A stretch of 64,000 nucleotides of DNA from an uncultured virus (IMG/VR IMGVR_UViG_3300032167_007852) (taxonomy: Duplodnaviria; Heunggongvirae; Uroviricota; Caudoviricetes). A model generated the notes under the pieces. The model was not told the origin of the DNA. It did not search any database and saw only the letters and a list, made by a program, of their open reading frames with translations. The stretch lies in the IMG/VR virus record IMGVR_UViG_3300032167_007852, positions 62,001-126,000 of that record. The stretch is one strand, 5' to 3'. The stretch's first letter is position 1; every line of letters begins with the position of its first letter. A program made the translations under genes and the position numbers. Of the stretch, positions 7,867 to 16,162 are shown in pieces.

Positions 7867-9951
7867 ATGAGTAAGAAAATATCTATATATCATCAATTAG
7901 ATACAATCCATAAAGAATTATTAAAAATGGATAGTGATGTTATAAATGAAATAGTTGAAATGTTAAAAGGGATAAACTTTGAAGGAATTGTAGAATATTT
8001 TAATAGTACAAAAGAAATGGATGATATGGATTTATTCACATGTAGAAAACTGGTAGAGATATTACAATTTATCTATAATAACACAGACATTGTTCCACCA
8101 GTATCAGATTCAACTTATGATAAATTATATCAAATAATGTTAGATGCAGGATTAGGAGATATTGTAGGTTCCGTGAATAGTCAAGGTAAACCTGTAAGAG
8201 AACATCGTTATCCAGATTTAAGAGGAACTTTAAATAAAGTTCATTTTGTATTCAATGTTGATAAAGAAGGAGACAAAAGAAGAAGTATAGAAGATTGGAT
8301 AACAACTATAGAAAATATATTAGGAAGAGGAATAAATAACACAGAAGAATTTGAAGTAAGATTACAAGCTAAATGGGATGGTTGTTCAGCAGTATTTGAA
8401 TGTGATGAAAATGGTAATGTTGAACATGTATTAATGAGAGGGGATACAGAAAAGAATCTAGCAGTTGATATAGTTAAATTATTTGAAGATTTTGTAGATT
8501 TCCAAATATTTGCAAATGGTAAAGATAAGTTTGCAGTTCAAACAGAAGTTCTTATGAACCAAGCAGATTATGAGAAAATTATTGTAGAATATAAAGATTT
8601 TAAATCACCAAGATCTGCGACATCTTCAATATTAAATGAAAAAGTGTTACAACCAAAGTTAACAAAATATCTTACAGTAGAACCATTAAGAATTCAATAT
8701 GTTGGTAAACAACCTGAGATAATTCCTAATGAAAATTATGATATGATTTCAAATCTATTTGATTTAAGAAATATAAGAGAATGTATTAAGGAAATAAACG
8801 AACATGCAAAAGCTGATGGTAAAGTAACTGATGGAGTTGTGTTACATTTAACAAACAAGAAACTTCAAGAAAAGTTAGGTAGAGATGGAGCAATAAATAG
8901 ATATGAGGTTGCATATAAATTCCCAGCAGAAGCAACTAAAGCAATCTTATTAGATATAGATTTCTCATACGGATTAGGAGGTAATGTAACTCCAGTAGCT
9001 AAAATAGAACCAGTAGTAATGTTAGGTAAAACTATAAGTTCAATATCAATGGGTTCTATAGATAGATTTAGAAGTATGGACCATCTTACATCAGGAAGTG
9101 AAATAATAGTAAGATATGAAATAATTCCGTATATGGATTTAGACCATACATGTAAAATAAATGAAACAGGAAAACGTTTCTATGTCCCAACTCATTGTAA
9201 ACATTGTGGTAGTTTGTTAATAGAAGATCCTTTATTAAAATGTGTTAATGAAGAATGTCCTTCTAGAATAATAGGTAATGTTGTAAATTATATAAATAAA
9301 ATGAGAATAGAAAATCTTAATATAGAAACAGTTTCAACATTATTCGATCAAGGAATAATAACAGGTATAGAATCATTATATAAATTAGAAGAACATAAAT
9401 CTAAAATAGTATCATTACCAGGATTTGGAGAAAAATCATATGAAAATATGATTGATGGAATCAATAAACGTAAAGTGGTATTTGATTATGAGTTATTAGG
9501 TTCATTAGGAATTCAATCAATAGGTGTTAGAATGTTTAAGAAAATTCTATCAGTAATGGATTTAGAAACATTATTAAGATTAGCAAAAGATCAAATGTTG
9601 GTTGTAAACTTAATGGGATTATCAGGATTTGGTGAGAAAACAGCAAGTAGAGTTCAATATGGTGTAGTGAATAAATTAAGTACAATATATTTCCTATTAG
9701 ACCAAATACAATTAAAAGAAAAAGTAGCACCAGGAAAACTAAAAGGAAAAGTATGTTTCTCACAAATAAGAGATCCTAAATTTGAATCAGAATTAATAGC
9801 TAATGGATATGAAGTAGTTGATTCATTAACTAAAACTACAAATTATCTTATAGTACCAAATTTAGATGTAACATCAAGTAAAATAACAAAAGCCAAAAAA
9901 TATGGAATATGCGTAATGAGTTTAGAACAAGCTAAATTAAATTTAAAATAG
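7867..9951 (+). CDS. ligA: NAD-dependent DNA ligase
   Basis: SDSTYD, KWDG adenylation motif, RGD, DGVV, AYKF, C4 zinc finger (CKHC...C..EEC), HhH repeats (LPGFGEK), C-terminal BRCT. Confidence 0.93.
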   Translation: MSKKISIYHQLDTIHKELLKMDSDVINEIVEMLKGINFEGIVEYFNSTKEMDDMDLFTCRKLVEILQFIYNNTDIVPPVSDSTYDKLYQIMLDAGLGDIVGSVNSQGKPVREHRYPDLRGTLNKVHFVFNVDKEGDKRRSIEDWITTIENILGRGINNTEEFEVRLQAKWDGCSAVFECDENGNVEHVLMRGDTEKNLAVDIVKLFEDFVDFQIFANGKDKFAVQTEVLMNQADYEKIIVEYKDFKSPRSATSSILNEKVLQPKLTKYLTVEPLRIQYVGKQPEIIPNENYDMISNLFDLRNIRECIKEINEHAKADGKVTDGVVLHLTNKKLQEKLGRDGAINRYEVAYKFPAEATKAILLDIDFSYGLGGNVTPVAKIEPVVMLGKTISSISMGSIDRFRSMDHLTSGSEIIVRYEIIPYMDLDHTCKINETGKRFYVPTHCKHCGSLLIEDPLLKCVNEECPSRIIGNVVNYINKMRIENLNIETVSTLFDQGIITGIESLYKLEEHKSKIVSLPGFGEKSYENMIDGINKRKVVFDYELLGSLGIQSIGVRMFKKILSVMDLETLLRLAKDQMLVVNLMGLSGFGEKTASRVQYGVVNKLSTIYFLLDQIQLKEKVAPGKLKGKVCFSQIRDPKFESELIANGYEVVDSLTKTTNYLIVPNLDVTSSKITKAKKYGICVMSLEQAKLNLK

Positions 9952-9954
9952 AAC

Positions 9955-9966
9955 AACAATAATGTA
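9955..9966 (+). promoter_or_regulatory. AACA-N6-TA promoter of the large ncRNA
   Basis: AACA-ATAATG-TA; the last base coincides with the first base of the RNA closing stem. Confidence 0.6.
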
Positions 9967-10573
9967 ATAAATGTTTGAAGAATTTTAGCCCCAATAAATA
10001 AATTATTGGGGCTCTTAGTAACATGAGAATTACTTAACCGTAACCAGAACGACGTAAACTGTTAATTCCAGTGATACGGATTAGTACGCATCGGTTTTGC
10101 ATGTGAACGGAGGTCAATAGATTTATTTTTTATAAATCTTGGGGTGAAACATATTCTTCAGTCTTAATTTGTCTTTTATTTTTTTATCGGTTCTTCATAT
10201 AAGTGACTGACGAAAAGTTATGTCTGGTCGTAAGTACGAATCATAAGTACGCATTTGCAGGAACATGATTTTGGAAGTCGACCGACAATACGAAGTAGCG
10301 GCTGTATGTGACTTAATGATAAACAAATAAAGACTATACAATTAAGATTTTAGATGGACGGAAGGGTAGTCAGGTTTTTGCTTGATGTGAATCCAACCGT
10401 GATTAATTAGATTTTTTAGCTCCCTTGTCGGAGCAGTACATAAATTTGAACTGGTATTACTTACCTGAGACTACTTAGTATTGACATCAAGGTTTATCAT
10501 TATAAGTGGTCAGCATATTCTTACCTTAGAATATGTAAAGGGTGAGTAATACCCTTCATTCGTCAAATTTATT
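9966..10573 (+). ncRNA. large (~608 nt) ornate structured ncRNA, ROOL-like or novel
   Basis: ORF-free and GC-richer than the flanks; the 5' end 9966-9983 pairs with the 3' end 10558-10573; many nested and crossing helices (see findings). Confidence 0.75.
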
Positions 10574-10628
10574 AAATTTTAATTACGGTATAACAAATAT
10601 GTAGATTAAAATTATAGGAGGTAATGTT

Positions 10629-10985
10629 ATGAATGGACAAAAAATAACAAAAACTGTTTTAGTGATAGGTAAAGTAGAAATTAAAGATTTTCAATGGAAT
10701 ATATTAAAGAAAATTATGGGAGTTCCAGAAGAAGAATTTGAACATACAATAATTAATTTGGTTAATAAACCATTAGCATTTGCAGTACCTGAAAATGTTG
10801 AGAAATATGATATGGTGTTAACTTCTCAATCTTCACCATTGTTATTAAGAAACATGAAGAAAAGATGTAAAGAAGTTCCATTAGTAAAACCATATAAAGA
10901 TAAAAATAAAAAATTTGTTGGATTTATGAAACTAAATGAAGTTGTAGTGAAATACGATTATGAATTATTCAGATTAGGAAAATAA
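10629..10985 (+). CDS. hypothetical protein (basic)
   Basis: 118-aa ORF; AGGAGG SD; own AACA-N6-TA at 10592-10603. Confidence 0.7.
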   Translation: MNGQKITKTVLVIGKVEIKDFQWNILKKIMGVPEEEFEHTIINLVNKPLAFAVPENVEKYDMVLTSQSSPLLLRNMKKRCKEVPLVKPYKDKNKKFVGFMKLNEVVVKYDYELFRLGK

Positions 10986-10999
10986 ATAATAAAAAAATG

Positions 11000-11030
11000 A
11001 ATAGACATCTAGCAATAGATGTCTATTTTT
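11000..11030 (+). terminator. intrinsic terminator
   Basis: AATAGACATCTA-GCAA-TAGATGTCTATT followed by Ts. Confidence 0.8.
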
Positions 11031-11037
11031 AACAGAC

Positions 11038-11077
11038 TGTAAAAAGGTAACATTTCAATTATATATTATAATTGTGA
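11038..11077 (+). promoter_or_regulatory. phage early-type promoter motif, copy 3
   Basis: TGTAA-N10-TTTCAATTATATATTATAATTGTGA. Confidence 0.75.
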
Positions 11078-11112
11078 AGTAAAAATAATAAAATAATTGG
11101 AGGTAATTATAT

Positions 11113-11823
11113 ATGAGTAAATTTATATCTTTACAATTTTTAGGATCTGAAAAGGAGATAAGCAAAATTGTAGACGCTACAATCAAAACATTAGAAAGAG
11201 AATATAAAATCATAATAAGTCAAGAAGTAGTAGTTCCAGCAATGGTAAACTGTTTTATAGACGCAGCAATATATGAATCATTACAAATGTTAGGTATTAA
11301 TAATGTAAGAAGTGAGCTTAATCTATTTGAAATGGTTAGAATCATAAATGAAGTAATTCCAGGTGAAGAGAAACCAGAATTATTAACAATAATGAGTTTA
11401 GGTAGAATGGCGATAAGAAGATTAGAATTAGAAATGCCAGAAGAAGATGTAGAAGAAGCAATGAACTCTATAGAAGATGTTAACATAAAATTATTGGAAG
11501 CTATATCAATGAGAGCAACTCATTATTTAGCAGATAGACATAATCTAGTAACAGAAAATTATCAAATCATATTTAAGATAGCAGAAGTATTCTTTAATGA
11601 AATGATATCATTCATTAAAGTTAATTCAGTATCAGATGATACCTTAGTAGTATTTGATCAATTCTCAATATTATTAGATGATACAGGAAGATTTGAATCT
11701 ATAGAGATATCAGAGTTTACACAAAAGACAATAGAAGCTTTATATAATGATTTACAAGTTGAAGCACAAAGATTAAAAGATGAAGATGACGAGTTTGCAA
11801 TGAACAATGTTAAATCAAAATAA
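11113..11823 (+). CDS. hypothetical protein with an internal two-fold repeat, possibly tandem HU/IHF-like folds
   Basis: two helix-helix-strand units (LNLFEMVRI / LVVFDQFSI); resembles 12360..13121. Confidence 0.45.
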   Translation: MSKFISLQFLGSEKEISKIVDATIKTLEREYKIIISQEVVVPAMVNCFIDAAIYESLQMLGINNVRSELNLFEMVRIINEVIPGEEKPELLTIMSLGRMAIRRLELEMPEEDVEEAMNSIEDVNIKLLEAISMRATHYLADRHNLVTENYQIIFKIAEVFFNEMISFIKVNSVSDDTLVVFDQFSILLDDTGRFESIEISEFTQKTIEALYNDLQVEAQRLKDEDDEFAMNNVKSK

Positions 11824-11869
11824 GAGAGAAATCTCTTATTTTGATTTTAAATTTTAAGGAGGTAAGATT

Positions 11870-12340
11870 ATGATAAATGATATAAAAGAATATTTTAGAT
11901 TTAGATTATATGATAATTCAAGAGTGTTAGTTAATAATCTAAAAGATACAATTGAAGAAGTTCAGTTGTTTTTAGATAAAAAGATTTATCCTTATTTAAA
12001 AGAAAATGATTGTAGAATAGTTGTAAGTGGAATAGAACTATTATTTGAAAATGAAAAAATAGTTTGGAGAATAGTAGAGAATGGAGAAATTAATAATAAA
12101 GAAACTAAAGATGTCGATATATATAATATAAAAGAATTTGTAGATGTTGAATATATTAAAGAAGTTAAAGAAAAATTTGAAGATTATCCAAAGGATTTAT
12201 GTGGTACGTCTTTAATATCATTTATAGAAACTATAGCATATTTTATATTTAAAGATGATTTTATAACAACAATGGATGTATTTGGAATTTGTATGATATC
12301 TAATAACGGTAATAATAATGTTGTATATGAAATGCAATAA
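11870..12340 (+). CDS. hypothetical protein
   Basis: 156-aa ORF with AGGAGG SD. Confidence 0.7.
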   Translation: MINDIKEYFRFRLYDNSRVLVNNLKDTIEEVQLFLDKKIYPYLKENDCRIVVSGIELLFENEKIVWRIVENGEINNKETKDVDIYNIKEFVDVEYIKEVKEKFEDYPKDLCGTSLISFIETIAYFIFKDDFITTMDVFGICMISNNGNNNVVYEMQ

Positions 12341-12359
12341 TTAGAATTGGAGGGATAAT

Positions 12360-13121
12360 ATGAGTAAAATTAATTTCCTTAATACAGCTCCATGTGCTGA
12401 AGCATTAGATAGAATAGCTTCTAAAACGTTTATAAGATTAAGTTATGAATATGGAATATGTATGATCCGTAGAGATGTTATACCTGCTTTAGCATCTCTA
12501 TGTCTTAAAAGTTTAATAGGTAATTTAAACTCATTAAGAGAAGGAAATGATATGGCTGCTTATATAAATTTATTTGATTTAGTAACATTTGGAGTTGTTG
12601 AACTAAACTTTGAAGAAACAGAAAAGGCAACTAATATATTACCAGATTTCAGAATAGGACCTAAAGGATGTGAATTAAGTAAAATGGATTTTAAAGAATA
12701 TTCTAAACATCAAGTTCCTATAGAAGAATATGGTGGAAGAATATTAAATGTAAAATCTGGAGAGTATAATGAGACATGGTCAGATTTATTGAATACAATA
12801 TGTGATATATCATATGGTAATATAGGATTAATATTAAACGATAAACGTATGATGTCAATATTCATAGAGATATTCTTAGAAGAAGTATTTTATGATTTAG
12901 GATTAAATTTTGGTAAGAAGAACTACGCATATAAATTATTCGATCTATTATATTTCAATTATAAAGATGAAGACAAAATGTGGGGAACTGATGTAATGCC
13001 AGAATATAAATTAATTGCAAAGGATGATGTGTTCCAAGAAGACAGAATTAATAAAGCGATTGATGAGTATGAGAAAGATAACAGTAAAGATGATGAGTAT
13101 AAACCATTAAGATATCAATAA
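12360..13121 (+). CDS. hypothetical protein, possibly tandem HU/IHF-like folds
   Basis: INLFDLVTFGV...ILPDFRIGPKG resembles the HU strand/arm/P-x-F-x-x-G pattern; second unit YKLFDLLYF. Confidence 0.45.
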   Translation: MSKINFLNTAPCAEALDRIASKTFIRLSYEYGICMIRRDVIPALASLCLKSLIGNLNSLREGNDMAAYINLFDLVTFGVVELNFEETEKATNILPDFRIGPKGCELSKMDFKEYSKHQVPIEEYGGRILNVKSGEYNETWSDLLNTICDISYGNIGLILNDKRMMSIFIEIFLEEVFYDLGLNFGKKNYAYKLFDLLYFNYKDEDKMWGTDVMPEYKLIAKDDVFQEDRINKAIDEYEKDNSKDDEYKPLRYQ

Positions 13122-13133
13122 GGAGGTAATAAT

Positions 13134-14804
13134 ATGAAAGCCATGCTTGCGGATTATTGTAGAAGTTTTGATGATAAATTAAACTTACCTTTAATCAGAA
13201 GAGAGTTAGACAAACCTTTATATTTATATGTGTATGAAACAATTAAATCCTTGGAGGTTTTTGATAGCGTCCGTATTTTATCATATGAATATAAAGAAAT
13301 GCCTAATGATATCAAGATGAATGAATATCAAAGAACAAGATCTCAAAATGGAAAGAAAGTTCAAGAAGAGTCTGTTGAAGTAATGCATATGACAGAATCT
13401 AGAGTAAACGAATTAACGATTCATTATGAGTTATCAATAGATACAAAAGCAGAAGATGGGACAACAAAGGTAGTTAGTAAGAAGTATTCAAAGAATATTC
13501 TTATTCCAGTTGCAGATGATGATGGGTATTATATGTTAAAAGGAAAAAGATATATCCTTATGTATCAATTAGTTGATTCTACAACATATAGTACGTCTAA
13601 TAGTGTTGTATTAAAATCAATAATGCCTATAGTATTAAAAAGAAAATCAAAAGTAATTCATGATGTAGATAGAAATCCATTTACAATTCCTGTATATTCT
13701 ACAGCGATATTTAAAAATGAGATAAACATGATGTTATTGTTCTTTGCTAAGATGGGATTTAAAGAGGGATTAATGTATCTTAGCATGGATAAAGTAATAT
13801 CATTAACTACGTCATTGGATGATGATTTAGATAAGTATATATATTTTAAAATTAGTCAAGAAGCATTTGTAAAAGTTAATAGATTTGCATTTGATGAATC
13901 TACAGAAGTTAAATCTGTAACAGGAATGATATTAGATGCAGTCAATAATAGATCGACAGTAAAAGATATGTTAGATACAAACTTCTGGTTAGAGAAATTA
14001 GGTCATCAACCTAATATTCAACAACCAAATTTCAAAAGAGCTAAAGCAAGAAATCTTCTATTATCCGTTGACCGTATGATGGATATGACAACAAGAAGAG
14101 TTCTTAATATAGCAGCAGATCATAAAGATAGTATGTATAGTGCATTAAGATGGATGTTTATGAATTATAATGAATTAAAGAGTAAAAGAATAATGGATAT
14201 AACTAACAAGAGATTAAGAGATAATGAATATATAGCATCATTAATGACAAGAGAATTAAGTAACTCATTATACAGAATAATGAGTAAAGTTAGAAAACCA
14301 CAATCAAGAAACTTGAATACGTTAGAAGAGTTATTCTCATTCAGAGGTGATATATTAATTAATAATTTATATAACTCTGGATTATTCAAGTTTGATGATT
14401 CTGTAAACGATTTAGATTTCTTCAGTAAACTACGTTACACGATAAAAGGACCTAATTCACAAGGTGGATCATCAGGAAAAACAATAGCAACATGTCAAAG
14501 AGGGATAGATCCATCATTTGTAGGTAGAATAGATTTAAACACGGTTGGTAATAGTGATCCTGGTGCTACAGGGGTGCTAACTCCATTTATAGAAACACAT
14601 GGGTTAAATATTTCCGATAAAAAAGAACCTGAAAGTAAACAATATGAATTATTAAAAATAATAGAAGAAGCCGTCAAAAATGAATATGATTATATAGAAA
14701 AATTTGGTATAGAAACATATGATGATTATTACGAACTTATGAATAACATTTATAGTACAACTGAAGGTTGTTCTGTAACAGTTAGTAAAGATATAGAAAG
14801 ATAG
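13134..14804 (+). CDS. rpoB: multisubunit RNA polymerase beta subunit, N-terminal half (probably the non-virion RNAP)
   Basis: IPV...DGYYMLKGKRYILMYQL, KRLR, GPNS, RGIDPSFVGRIDLNTVGNSDPGATG (fork-loop/Rif region). Confidence 0.85.
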   Translation: MKAMLADYCRSFDDKLNLPLIRRELDKPLYLYVYETIKSLEVFDSVRILSYEYKEMPNDIKMNEYQRTRSQNGKKVQEESVEVMHMTESRVNELTIHYELSIDTKAEDGTTKVVSKKYSKNILIPVADDDGYYMLKGKRYILMYQLVDSTTYSTSNSVVLKSIMPIVLKRKSKVIHDVDRNPFTIPVYSTAIFKNEINMMLLFFAKMGFKEGLMYLSMDKVISLTTSLDDDLDKYIYFKISQEAFVKVNRFAFDESTEVKSVTGMILDAVNNRSTVKDMLDTNFWLEKLGHQPNIQQPNFKRAKARNLLLSVDRMMDMTTRRVLNIAADHKDSMYSALRWMFMNYNELKSKRIMDITNKRLRDNEYIASLMTRELSNSLYRIMSKVRKPQSRNLNTLEELFSFRGDILINNLYNSGLFKFDDSVNDLDFFSKLRYTIKGPNSQGGSSGKTIATCQRGIDPSFVGRIDLNTVGNSDPGATGVLTPFIETHGLNISDKKEPESKQYELLKIIEEAVKNEYDYIEKFGIETYDDYYELMNNIYSTTEGCSVTVSKDIER

Positions 14805-14847
14805 GTATATACCTATCTTTCTATATAATATAAAGGAGAAAATTATT

Positions 14848-15615
14848 ATGGATATGTATAACGATAGAACTGGTGAATTAAATGTAAATAAATATGGTAC
14901 AATAATGAAAATTATCTATTATAATAATGCACACGATATAATTGTAGAATTTCAAGATGAATATAAATACAAAGTTCATACAGAATATAGAAACTTTAAA
15001 ATCGGACAAGTACGAAACGTATATGACAAAACCGTATATAATGTAGGAATGTTTGGAGAAGGTAAATATAACAGGATTGATTATTTAAAATTATATAATA
15101 CATGGCAACACATGCTTAGAAGATGTTATGATCCATATACAATAAATAACGACCTAACATATGTAGATTGTTTTGTGGATAAAAGATTTCATAATTTACA
15201 AAATTTTGGTATATGGTATGAAAAAGAATTTTATGAAGTAAATAACGAATTGATGTGTTTAGATAAAGATATTTTATATAAAGGTAATAAAATTTATAGT
15301 CCTGAAGCATGTTTGTTTGTACCTGAAAGAATAAATAAGTTATTTATAAGAAATTATAGACAACGAAACGATTTACCTATAGGAGTACATTATAGAAAAG
15401 ATATTGGTAAATATATTGCTAGATGTAATGTCAGTGAAAATGGTGCAGAAAAAAGAGTGCATTTAGGTGAATTTAAAACGCCAATAGAAGCTTTCAATGC
15501 ATACAAAAAGTATAAAGAAGGTTATATAAAAATAATAGCAGACCAATACAAAAATAGAATTCCAGAAAAAGTTTATAAAGCATTATATGATTATATAGTT
15601 GAAATATGTGATTAA
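14848..15615 (+). CDS. free-standing HNH-type homing endonuclease with a C-terminal AP2-like domain
   Basis: YNTWQHMLRRCY, F..LQNF..W, LDKDIL.KGNKIYSPEACLFVP, GVHY...KYIAR...HLGEFKTPIEAF. Confidence 0.75.
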   Translation: MDMYNDRTGELNVNKYGTIMKIIYYNNAHDIIVEFQDEYKYKVHTEYRNFKIGQVRNVYDKTVYNVGMFGEGKYNRIDYLKLYNTWQHMLRRCYDPYTINNDLTYVDCFVDKRFHNLQNFGIWYEKEFYEVNNELMCLDKDILYKGNKIYSPEACLFVPERINKLFIRNYRQRNDLPIGVHYRKDIGKYIARCNVSENGAEKRVHLGEFKTPIEAFNAYKKYKEGYIKIIADQYKNRIPEKVYKALYDYIVEICD

Positions 15616-15664
15616 CAATATAAGTTTCCTTTTTATTATCATTTATATATTGGAGGTAATGTAT

Positions 15665-16096
15665 ATGAATCATGAACAATTAATACAATGTAAAAAGGTT
15701 ATATTAAACAATAAAAAATCTAATAAATTTGTAAAACTTACATTAGCTGATAAATTATATTTGATCCTATTGTCTAAAAGATTGAAAAAAGAAAATAACA
15801 TAAACAATTTAACATTTGAAGAATTCGCTCTATTATGTAAGCACCATAAGACAAAAGCAAATCTTAGAATTGAAAGTAAGTATTCTACAAGTTTTATAGA
15901 TATCTTACAGTTCAATGAACATACATTACATTCAGTATTGTATAAAATTATAAACGAAATAGAATTATATAATGAAGAGGACAATTATAATAATATAGAG
16001 GACGTGATAAGTTTATTAAGAGTCAACCCTGTTATATTATTCAATACATTTAATGACATATGCGATCAAATGTGTATTAAAGTTTCAATTGAATAA
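15665..16096 (+). CDS. hypothetical protein
   Basis: ORF; start chosen from the GGAGG SD. Confidence 0.6.
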   Translation: MNHEQLIQCKKVILNNKKSNKFVKLTLADKLYLILLSKRLKKENNINNLTFEEFALLCKHHKTKANLRIESKYSTSFIDILQFNEHTLHSVLYKIINEIELYNEEDNYNNIEDVISLLRVNPVILFNTFNDICDQMCIKVSIE

Positions 16097-16162
16097 TAAT
16101 AAACAGTATAACAAAATATTAACAGAAAATAAAAAATATTAAAATTTTTAGGAGGTAGTTAT

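Noticed and set aside
9987..10013. Hairpin as the ligase terminator
   Set aside because: It lacks a U tract and lies inside the closing helix of the large RNA; it is better read as an RNA domain.
9966..10573. tmRNA, RNase P or group I/II intron identity for the large RNA
   Set aside because: No tRNA-like GGGG...CCA ends or tag ORF, no RNase P P4 consensus, no intron core motifs like those at 27263-28160, and no interrupted gene were seen.
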